A stretch of 32,000 nt of DNA from Zygophlyctis sp. KS116 (lineage: Eukaryota; Fungi; Chytridiomycota): assembly GCA_054661495.1 (NCBI GenBank), contig BAAFSQ010000065.1, positions 13,120 to 45,119 on the forward strand, written 5' to 3'. Each line of letters begins with the position of its first letter. Position 1 is the first letter of the stretch. Of this stretch, positions 16,547 through 28,154 are shown one piece after another. The notes under the pieces were generated by a model. It worked only from the letters and a program-made list of their open reading frames with translations, was not told where the DNA came from and made no database searches. The position numbers were made by a program, and so were the translations under genes.

Positions 16547-16607
16547 TCTAGCAGTGAGTTAAGTACCTGATAAACTTGAACGCATCGGTTAAAATAATAC
16601 CCGAAAA

Positions 16608-17979
16608 ATGAATAAAAGAGCTGGAATAATCACGAATAAACCTATCGCTGCTAAATATTCTATACTTCCAGAACCGCAGAATTCTGAAATTTTGCTTCCA
16701 GTAACAACTGCTCCGCAAACACAAAAAACTAATGCTAAAGCTATTTTTGCTAAAAGGTAATTTTTAAGAAATAATTTATAGAACTACTAAAAATTCTCAA
16801 AAACTAAAGTTATTTCCTGAAGGGGAAGCTAAAAGTTTGGAAGTTGAGCCGACTCAAGAAATTGCAAGTGCCAACCTACCCCATGTCCTTGCAACTGCAA
16901 AGAAGGATGATTGGCTCATTAATAAATTAGAAAGAAAGTGGTTACCAAGAGTCACAGGTTATTGTACGGCAAATTCTTATAAAATTGATGCTCTGTTTGA
17001 TGATTTGAAAAAAAGAGTATTGTTGAATGGAACAAACCCTAAAAGGTTTGATGAAGTTATTTACACGACTTTTACATTCGAAAGTTCAATTGTTCCGAAT
17101 GTTGAAGTACCAAATTCTTCTACTGAACCTTTTTTGTTTCAGAATATTGATTCAAGTGGTCAAGAAATTCCTGATAATTTTCCAGTAAACTTTCTTGCAA
17201 AAAGAATTGCTCCTTATGGAGAAATTCTGTTTTTTGAATACGGCGTGGTTGTAATGTGGGGGTTTTCTTTGGAAGAAGAAAGTAGAATGTTGGATTATTT
17301 AAAGTTATTCGAAGAAGATTCCTTGAGTGAAGAAGATATTCAGACTGAAGAATTTCATTTTCATTATCATATTCACTGTCAACCAAGAATATACAATGAT
17401 GTAATAACGCTTAAAAATCCAGCAAATTTTATGATTAAACTTACAATTTCACACTCAGTTGCACAATCTTGTAAATTAGCACTTTTTGAAGGACTTATGG
17501 ATCAGACAATCGGTAGGTGTACCTAATTTTATTCATTCAAAGAAAATACACGCAATGTACCCCAGATTATGGCAGAGCAAGGGAAAATTAGAATGTCAAG
17601 ACATGCAATCAATAGGAAAATTGGCACTCTGTTTATTATGAGAATTAACGTAAATCTTGTTTCGAATGTTCTTGGTAATATTTAATTAACTGATATGATA
17701 GATACACCTGAAATTTTTTGGTCAGAGCCTGCTTTAGAGCCTCTTTACGTAGCTATCAGAGGATATTTAGAAATATCTCAAAGAGTTGATCTTCTAAATA
17801 AGCGTGTGGGGGTTATTTCAGATCTTTTGGATATGCTAAAGGAACATCTAAATTCTTCTCATGGAGAACAGTTAGAATGGATTGTAATCATTCTTATTGC
17901 GTTTGAAATAGTGATTGGAATTATCACTATTGCCTTTGATCTAACTACATATTTGCAACATCCAAATAATGCATTGTGA
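16608..17979 (+). CDS. RMD1: Rmd1/Sif2 (DUF155) family protein, 3 introns
   Basis: RTTKNSQKLKLFPE, LPRVTGYCTANSY, FFEYGVVVMWG, QPRIYNDVITL, DTPEIFWSEP, LEWIVIILIAFEI. Confidence 0.9.
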
Positions 17980-18037
17980 CCGGTCTCAGAAGTCGGATTT
18001 TGAGTAAAAAAACATTTTTATTAATTGTGCGTATTTG

Positions 18038-19215
18038 TTAAGAGAAAACAAACATTTTTATTGAAGCGACTGCATCTAACCCAATATTGTGAAGAGGGTG
18101 AGTAGGAAGCAATAGATTAGTTGATTTTCCTAGTACGAGTGTCTCCTCATCCACTTCAAAATCGCATGTCTCCGCAGACCACAGATATGAATGCTGAGCA
18201 ATCGATAGCCCTGATAAACAATAACAAGTATGATAAAAATCTGGTCGCCTTTTTTTAAGATTCAAAAAGATTACTTTCCTGGCTTGTCTCTCAAACCTCC
18301 ATATTCATCTTGACAACAAGAAAGAATATATTCCTGTAGCCGAATACGGTCAATTATTGCATTAGATTTGACCGTTTTCGCCAGTCCCACAAGAGGTCCT
18401 AGAGCTCCAACCCAAAAAGAATAGCAACCATCTACAAGTTTGTTCTAGAGCATTAATGCCAAAAAAATTACAGTTCTTCCTTGACATGCTCCTTCCAATA
18501 TCATTTGTCTAGATATAGTCCAATGCATCAAAGACTGTAGATCAATGTCATCTAATGATTTTTTGAGCAATATTAACGCCGAAATACCACAATAAGTATA
18601 ACCTCCATGAGCTTCGTTCCCTGGTAATCCACCGAAGCCACCTTCATATGTTTGACATGATTTAATATAATGTTCCATATTGTGTGTCAACTCTGGAGTT
18701 ACGATACCCAGCAGCGATGCGACTGAAAGAACGCAATAACTTGCACGAATATCAACCTCTCCATCAGTATGCATTACAAAAGAACCATCATTTTGCTTCA
18801 AAGATATCATCCAAGTATACATCTCCTTCCTCAATATACATTTAAATCCTTCTTCCAGGCCAAGAATGGCTAAAGCATGTACTGCAGCATATGTTGTGGC
18901 AAGATGTGGCACTTGCAATTCCCCACCACCGAATCCCCCTTCTTTCGACTGATAACTTAATAGTCTCTGCATAATAGCTACTTTCGTTTGATCTAAAATT
19001 GGTACTTTCAGTAGTTCTAATGAGTGCAATATCCAATAGAGTATCCAAGGGCCAGATGCATCGAGTCCAACAAATGATTTTGGCAGCGGATTTTTTAAAC
19101 TATATTCAAGATATGAAATGTGATTTCTATTTAATTCAAGTTTAGATGATATCAATAGTGGTTCAATGCTCTGCCATGCTAGAGCCTGATCATGTAAAGT
19201 CACAGAATTATCCAT
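18038..19215 (-). CDS. RAM1: Protein farnesyltransferase beta subunit, 2 introns
   Basis: LDASGPWILYW, HLATTYAA, GEVDIRASY, EAHGGYTYC, GRTNKLVDGCYSFW, LRDKPGKRPDFYHTCYCLSGLS. Confidence 0.93.
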
Positions 19216-19382
19216 CAGTTACTCTGTTGTAGGGCTCGCTCAAACATTCATATCTCTATAGATCTTATTCCATCTAATCGTTCTAGTTATGGTCATCCTC
19301 ATGCAATCATTATCAGTGCTCACAATGACGTAAAGAAGTTAAAAACTTCCGGCAATCTCTTAAAGTTCCGGACAAAAATTAA

Positions 19383-20239
19383 ATGATTGATAATTTAAAA
19401 ACTTTTATTGTTGCTTTATTAGCTATTGGAGCTTACCATTACAGATCAGAATTTGGCATTATTGATCAATATCATTCCAGCTCAGTAAATACGCAAAATC
19501 CTGTATTGGTTTCCAAGTTCGGACAATACTATAAAAAAGATCAAGGTGTTGAATATGAGAATCCAAATCATAAACCTAGGAAATTCTACTATGAAGACTA
19601 TGAAAAATACTTTAATGTCTTTGTCACTCATCGCCAGCTAACTGATGAATCCATCAAGGGATTTTTAGACGCGCATGATATTTATCAAGAAGAAGCATAT
19701 CTGAATGATAAAGAGCGATTCGATGAGTTGACAGACACTTATGGATTATATATTGAGAAGGGTAACCAGAATGATCGTCGAATATATATTGCATATGCTG
19801 GTCATCAAAAACACTATGGTGTATTTGCGGAAGTAGATATTCCTAGAGGGAGCTTCATCGGAGAGTACACAGGAGTACTAACAAACAATTCTGCAAATAC
19901 AGACTATGCTTGGGATGTATTATTTAGATTAATCTAATTTATAGTATTTGAGTCATATCAATAATGAAAACAATCAGCCCCTAGATCTTATGATTGACGG
20001 AAGAATTATAGGAAATGCCATGAGTAAATGAATATTTCTAATCAATTAGGATTTGTTAATCATAATGATGATCCGAGTACTGAAGCAATAGAGGTTCCAT
20101 GGAAAAACCGATGGCATAGAATTTATGTTGCAACTAGGGATATTCATGAGGGAGAGGAGCTAACAGTATCTTATGGACAGTAATAATATTTAATTAATTA
20201 GTTAGAGCATATTGGGAGACAAGAGAAGGAAAGGTTTAA
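19383..20239 (+). CDS. SET-domain methyltransferase with an N-terminal signal/TM segment, introns 19917-19944, 20024-20049, 20180-20205
   Basis: Spliced product contains YGVFA...IGEYTG, IDG..GNAMRFVNH and GEELTVSYGQAYW. N-terminal TFIVALLAIGAY is hydrophobic. Confidence 0.88.
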
Positions 20240-20353
20240 ATCTTTAATCAAGAATAAAAACATTCTTAAAAATTGTTGTCCGATACTTGTAAGCTCTCGT
20301 CCACCTCGACCTCTGTTTCAGGGTTAAGTTTGTTAATGACCGTTGACGTTGCG

Positions 20354-21797
<1,444 letters not shown>

Positions 21798-21811
21798 AAA
21801 ATAAAAAGAAA

Positions 21812-22500
21812 TTAATCTTTTTTAAGTTCCATTTTTTGATATTCAACTCCTTTAGCAGTTATAACAAAGATTTCCAAGAAATCACCAGTATATATATCAC
21901 GTTCAGTAGCAGAAGTAAACGCATCCTTTGTAATTTTCAATACCTGATCTAATGGAAGTCTAATCCCCTTTCCTTGACCATCTGTATGTTTTAATCCAAT
22001 CTAAAATTTAATAAAAGAATAAAATCTACTTGACTATCTAAAAACGGTTGAATCAAATGCCCAGCACTTCCAGAACAATTATACAAGTGTTTTTCATAAT
22101 TTCCAACAGGATCATATGAAAAAACCGCCCCTATACCATTTTCATCTAACCCACCCAGAGTATTCCAGACATAGTAAGGAAAGAATCTTTTTCCATATAA
22201 AATCACTGATAGCATCTGAGCTAGTGCAGGTGATGACATATCCTTTGAATGATTAAAAGAATAAGTTTCCAACTGTTGTTCTAAAACTTGTACGAGAGCT
22301 TTAGCATCCGCATACATTCCACCTGTAGCCAGCACTGAACCATTTGATAATTTGAATACTTTTGGTGCATATCTAGTATTGATGGAGTAGCCTTCAGACA
22401 TTCTAGTATCTCCAGCAACCACAACAAAATCCTGCCCAGCAATAGCCAGGGAAGTTCCTCCATTATCAGTATACGGTGAAAATCCGTGCGTCGTTGGCAT
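21812..22500 (-). CDS. PRE7: 20S proteasome subunit beta 6 (PSMB1), 1 intron
   Basis: FSPYTDNGGT, LYGKRFFPYY, YDPVG, FTSATERDIYTGD, C-terminal LKKD*. Confidence 0.96.
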
Positions 22501-22554
22501 TTTAAATCTAGGTTTTGTGAACGCGACTTTTTTCTCTAGTCACACTCTTGTCGT

Positions 22555-22589
22555 ACACACGAACACACTTACACACACGAACACACACG
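22555..22589. promoter_or_regulatory. AC-rich direct repeat in the PRE7/PRE2 bidirectional promoter
   Basis: acacacgaacacac at 22555-22568 and 22573-22586, inside a 96-bp gap between divergent ATGs. Confidence 0.5.
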
Positions 22590-22596
22590 CTCTCGT

Positions 22597-23401
22597 ATGC
22601 TAGAATTACTAGGATCAGGCGCTAAAATGAGTTTTGAAATTCCAAATGTTTCAAATGTAAATTTCTTCCTCTAATAGCTAGCCTGTAGAGTTTTTAAAAC
22701 ATCAGACCTCTGAAAATGCTAAACATCGAATTGATATTGTGCACGGAACAACAACTCTTGCTTTTAAATTCAAACACGGCGTTATTGTTGCTGTTGACTC
22801 AAGAGCCACTGGTGGTAGTTATATCGCATCCCAGTCTGTTAAAAAAGTAATTGAAATTAATCCGTATCTCTTGGGAACTATGGCTGGAGGTGCCGCTGAT
22901 TGTTCTTACTGGGAAAGAGAATTGGGGAAAAGATGTCGCTTATACGAATTAAGAAATAAAGAAAGAATTTCTGTTGCTGCTGCTTCAAAATTACTTTCTA
23001 ATATGGTGTATAGCTATAAGGGAATGGGACTTTCTATGGGAACTATGGTGACTGGTTGGGATAAACAAGTATTTTTTCTTTAATAAAGTAATTAGGGACC
23101 AGGACTTTTTTATGTAGATTCTGATGGACAACGTATAAAATCAGATTTATTTTCTGTTGGATCAGGATCTACCTATGCTTATGGTGTATTAGATTCAGGA
23201 TATGACTTTAATATGTCTGTAAAGGATGCAATTGATCTTGGAAGACGTTCAATTTATCATGCAACTTTTAGAGATGCTTATTCTGGAGGTTCTGTAAATG
23301 TATACCATGTCAAGAAGGAAGGATGGGAGTTTATAAGTCAAACAGATGTAATGGATTTGCATTATGAGTATGAACAAGAGTATCATGGTAAAAAGGCTTA
23401 A
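22597..23401 (+). CDS. PRE2: 20S proteasome subunit beta 5 (PSMB5), introns 22657-22681 and 23069-23095
   Basis: HG|TTTLAF autocleavage site with catalytic Thr, [29 protein letters not shown]. Confidence 0.97.
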
Positions 23402-23901
23402 TCTGAATCTGAATATTCAACTATTTTCAATGATTTTTTAGAGTCTTGAGTTGTTTTTTCACTTTTTCTTTTAATCAAAACTACTGGTTTTGATAGAGAT
23501 TGAGAAATGACTGATTTTTGAATAGATTTATGAAGAGTTTTAACAAGGACTGTTTCCTTTGCATTTTTAAATTCTTTTAATTCTTTTTCCAATTGTTTCT
23601 TTTCCAGAATTTCCATCTGTTTCTTCTTTTCCGAAACTTGAGCTAAAAAATCCAATTCATCCTGATCTAATCCTCTTAATGTATTTGCTAACCGGACTTT
23701 TTCACCAAACTCTTCTTCCTTTATCCTTTCAGACTCTACAAATTACAATTAGGAAATACCTGCAAGTCTCACAGCGAGCGGCCTCAGATCTACAGGAGCC
23801 GAATCAGGGATTTCAGAGAGATTATCTGGAGTAATTGTTTCATTTTCACTAGTAAACTTGTTTTTGATTTCAGTCTTTGCAGTGATGAATCCATTTTGCA
23901 T
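23398..23901 (-). CDS. FAM192A: FAM192A/PSME3IP1/Fyv6 family protein, 1 intron (24 nt)
   Basis: [41 protein letters not shown] matches the recalled family N-terminal motif; C-terminal VEYSDSD. Confidence 0.8.
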
Positions 23902-24008
23902 TTTAGTAGTTGTAGCGCTAGTTTTAGTCTCTACAAGTTTTAGAGTTAGTGCTAGACTAGTGTGCGACCAAGTGTAAGTGCCAGATCAAGTGCCAGTGGC
24001 AGGAGAAA

Positions 24009-25544
24009 ATGAAATGTCCAAAATGCCAGTCGAAATCATTTAAAACTATTGATGGCCAGAAAACATGCAGGAATGGACATGTTCTAACGGTAATTTATAT
24101 CTATAATTTATAGGGATATATTCAACAAATGTCGGATGAATTCGTACAAGGTGCAAGATCTATTTATAAATCTGCTAAACGGAAATCAAAGGAAATTTCA
24201 ACTTTGGACTCTAGATTCTGTAATTTAGTTTTTGTAAAATGTTAGATCCGCCAAGGAGAATTCGTTTTGAAATGGCTCAGTCAAGTTTAGAGGAAATGAC
24301 AAAATGTTTAATTCAAAATAGACAATTTCCACAGCAATTCGAGGTATTTACGATTGCATTTAATCTAGTTAGTTTGTAGTCATTGATTTATGGATTAAAT
24401 TATTAAGTGCTTATCCAATTCCAATTACATCAAATAAAAAATCAGAATGGAGGCTCTCTAATCAGTCTCACAGTGATCATCTTTCAGACTCTGAAAATTC
24501 AGGATGGACTACAGAAGAAGGGTTCGAGTCTGATACAACTGCGTCTAGTTTAAGAAGTTTAAAAAGAGAAAAGAAAACAGGTTTTGTTAGGATACAATCA
24601 GAGTTTAAAGCTAAATATTTATTAGGGATTTTATATCTGGGAGCTAAATGGTTGAAATTACCTTATTTTGCAAGAGATTTTACAAAGTATTATAATTTTA
24701 TAATTCTAAATTTTAGATGGGCAAATAATGGTGAAATTCCATACTATTTTACTTCTACACTACATCAAGAGTCTTTAAGTAAAGGATATTCTGTAGAGAA
24801 AACAGGATTAGAAGATAGATCTGTTCCAAATGATGATTTAGATTGGATAATTTTGCAATTAAAGTCATTTTATAAATCAAAGTTTCAAATTAAATTTCCT
24901 CCTTTAAATGTAGATGCATTTCAAGAAAGAATAGGAAAACTTTTAAATTTAAATGGTAATTTTCTTGTAATTAAAGACATTAGAATCGCGAATTGCAACT
25001 GTTTCCAATATTTCTAAACAAATATTTCTACCAATCTCTGAAAAAGTGGTCATAATTCCATTCTTAATAGAATTCAAAATATGGAGTTCTCAAAATCCTT
25101 GTTGTAAAATGAAAATTCCGTTTTTTAGAAAAGAATATGCAAAATTATCAACTTGTGATTTAAAATCAAATCCTTTATTATGGAAAAATTATTCTGATTT
25201 TGCCCAAAAACTATTTAACACAGGACCCATTAAAAAAGAAACAAGATTTGCTATAGAAACTCTTGGACTTGATCGTGAATTTCTCAAAAACTCTTCAAAT
25301 ACCTGTGAACCAATGCCAGAAAAATTTATAGAGATTGGTAATATTTATTTGACTTACAATTTCAGAATCTGAATGCGATCCAAAGATTTCAACTTTTGTA
25401 GGAAATGATCCAGTTGGACTATTTCCCTTTTCATATGCATGTATTTTAGAATATCTATCGGATTTAATAGGAATTGTCCCTAGATCTTTGGAAAAACGTG
25501 TTCATAAGCAAGAGATTTGCTTAAATATAATAAACAGAGTATAA
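24009..25544 (+). CDS. RRN7: RNA polymerase I core factor subunit Rrn7/TAF1B, ~7 tiny introns
   Basis: N-terminal Zn ribbon MKCPKCQS...DGQKTCRNGHV, FEFVVIDLW, LGILYLGAKWLKLP..RDFTKWANNGEIPY. Confidence 0.82.
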
Positions 25545-25547
25545 TTC

Positions 25548-26102
25548 ATGAAATTTCTTTCGACTGTAGTATTTCTTGATTAAATCTAGAGCTCAGGGAA
25601 TAAAATATCTGTAGATGCAATCATTTGTTCACCGTCACAAATTCACTTATCAGGATCAAGCATCGTCTGCAATGCAACTCTTCGAGGAGATTTGTGTGAA
25701 CAGACTCTTTCTATTAGAGTCGGATCTCATGTTATTGTGTATGATGATGTTGTTCTAAGGCCGTCATGGCAAAAAGTAAAGTACTATCCTCTAAAAATTA
25801 ATGATTTTGTCTCAATCGGTAAGGGATCGATTGTACAAGCGTCAAGTATTGGATCATTTGTTTTAATTGGAAATGATTGTGTAATCGGAAATGGTGCTGT
25901 TATCAAGGATTGCGTTCGTGTACTGGATGGAAGTTTTGTTTCACCAAATACAGTGATTCGGCCTTTTGCAATTTATGGAGGAAATCCTGGTAGGTTGTGT
26001 TATTAATGATTAGCAAAATTGGTTGGAGAGTTGCCAGAATGCGCTCAAGAAATGATCGAGGAAAGGATAAGAAATGAATTTCAAGAGTTATTAGAAGCTT
26101 GA
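25548..26102 (+). CDS. DCTN5: Dynactin subunit 5 (p25), introns 25566-25589 and 25990-26013
   Basis: SGNKIS, LRGDL, VLRP, YYPLKIND, left-handed beta-helix hexapeptide repeats, GNPAKLVGELPE. Confidence 0.9.
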
Positions 26103-26125
26103 TATAAATCGTTTAGAATATTGTA

Positions 26126-28062
26126 TTAATCATTTCCTACAAGAATAAATCCAATCAAAATCCAAGGATAATATAAGCAGCAAATTAATGGAAATATTTG
26201 ATTCCCATGTACGGTCCAATCTACAACAATATCTTTAAATGGTGATAGGAAATTCACCAATGAGGGTCTAAGAAGAGTAGAATCTAGGTGAGAGTAGATT
26301 AAAATAGCATCTACAGGAAAGCTTAGCAGCAACAATGAGTAAGATATAAGACTGTGTTGCGAAAGAGATAAAAATGTAGGTACAAGAGGTATTGAAAAAA
26401 CAATACTTAAACTAGGATTAATAGTTGATAAAGCAATAAGCATCATTCCAATACCCAAACAAGCAATTGACTTTCCAGTTCTAAAATCCAATTTTGGTAC
26501 TTTGACAAATCCTTTTTTAAACCGAGCAACAATCATTATCACTAGTATAAAGTCCACAAAAGAGTATCCATTATATCCATTAGGGAATAAAGAGAGTAGA
26601 TTGTTTGAGAAATAAAACAGACCGCAAGAATGAAGAAATACTTTTGCAAATGCCATTATATGTGTTGCCACATCATGTTCATTTACAGAATGAACCTTTA
26701 CTGCAGCAGGACGCTTATAAAACTTTTCCTCGACAGTCTCGTCAGTAGAAACTGATTTACGATCTTGAGACGAAAACCATAAATAAATCCCATAGAAAAT
26801 CAGACTGGCAGACACAGCGATAACAGGTCCAATATAAATACTTAAAAGTACAACCTTATCAGGAGTGGCAAGCAAGTAAAACCAAAAAGAATGATGTAAT
26901 CTCTCCAAAAGAGTATTTAAACTGTATAAAGAACATTCAATTGCTCTTCCAAATCTACTAGCATCAACTATACTATATTCATCCTTTCTAAGTCCTCTTA
27001 TAGTTGCAGCCTCAATCTTAAAACCTTGATAAAAAGAATGATCAAAGACTGGCAAACCTAGAGCCTGATGCCAGAAAAACGATAATAATTTCCTTGCATT
27101 ATTCACATATGATTGTAAAATTTGATTTGAATGAGACCAATCATTCATTTGATCATGAGACCATAGATTTAATCCTTCATAATAAAAACTGTAATATAAT
27201 GTCGCAATTAAATCTGCATTTGGTAACTGACCATTTAAATTTACAGGATATAATCCTGCACCAGAAAACGAATCATTGTTTCCACAAAACTCCAAATTCA
27301 AAGCCGCTTGGATCACCCCAGAATGATACTTTAAGCGCTCAAATTTTAATACTAGTTATTAAAAATTTCGTGTATTTACCTTTAGACTCTTTGACTCCAT
27401 GGTACGCATTTAACCATGCCAAAGAACCCGTTGGAGTTTTATCTAAAACCAAAAATATCAAATCTTTTGCCCACATTGATTTTTTTGATGCAAATTTGGC
27501 AAGTGAGAGTAAGAGTCCAATGCCAAAAGTATTATCTAATTCCTTAATAATTTACAATACCTTGTCCATCTCCACAAGTCCAAGGAGCTGAAATCACTAT
27601 TGATTCTGTTCCATCTGCCCTTGGTGCCCTTAAAATACCAAAAGTATTATACCCGGTTTCATTATTGAGAGAAGTGAAAGATTGTGTAGAAGTTTTGAGT
27701 CGAATTTTTTCAAATTCCTGTGTGATAAATTCCCTTTTTAACGATGAATTTTGTAGTAATTGTAGACTGTGCACGACAGATTGTGCATATTCATAATCTC
27801 CAATTGAAAATTGTCTATTAGATTGTCCAACGCTTAACGCATTTTCATCCGGACGTAATTTTTTAACTGCAAGAGGAAGTGATAGCAGTGCGATTAACGA
27901 AAGAATGAAAAATGTCCAACTTTTACTTAAATTTAACAAAAAATACCTCGCATTTTTACAAAACCAGAGAAAGTATGCAATAGCCTTTCTACGCATAACA
28001 TTTCTCGCAAGATCCTTTGGCTTTTTTTGGCTTTTAGAGAGTAGAAACGTTAGAATCCCCAT
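26126..28062 (-). CDS. GAA1: GPI transamidase component Gaa1, 2-3 introns
   Basis: DENAL, GILRAPRADGTESIVISAP, WAKDLIFL, AWLNAYH, NGQLPNADL, LLERLHHSFWFYLL, multi-TM C-terminus. Confidence 0.92.
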
Positions 28063-28154
28063 CGCTTTCAAACTCAAAAAAATTTAAAGGAATATTATCA
28101 TCAAATAAAAACTGAATAATATGCTTATAAAAACTAGAGGAGATTATAGCTATT

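Noticed and set aside
16554-16606. Superficial TPP-riboswitch resemblance (tgag...aaacttga...ataatacc)
   Set aside because: It lacks the UGAGA motif and a canonical P4/P5, and the neighbouring genes are not thiamine-related.
24520-24531. ggttcgagtc tRNA T-loop/B-box-like motif
   Set aside because: It lies inside the RRN7 coding frame and no cloverleaf can be formed.
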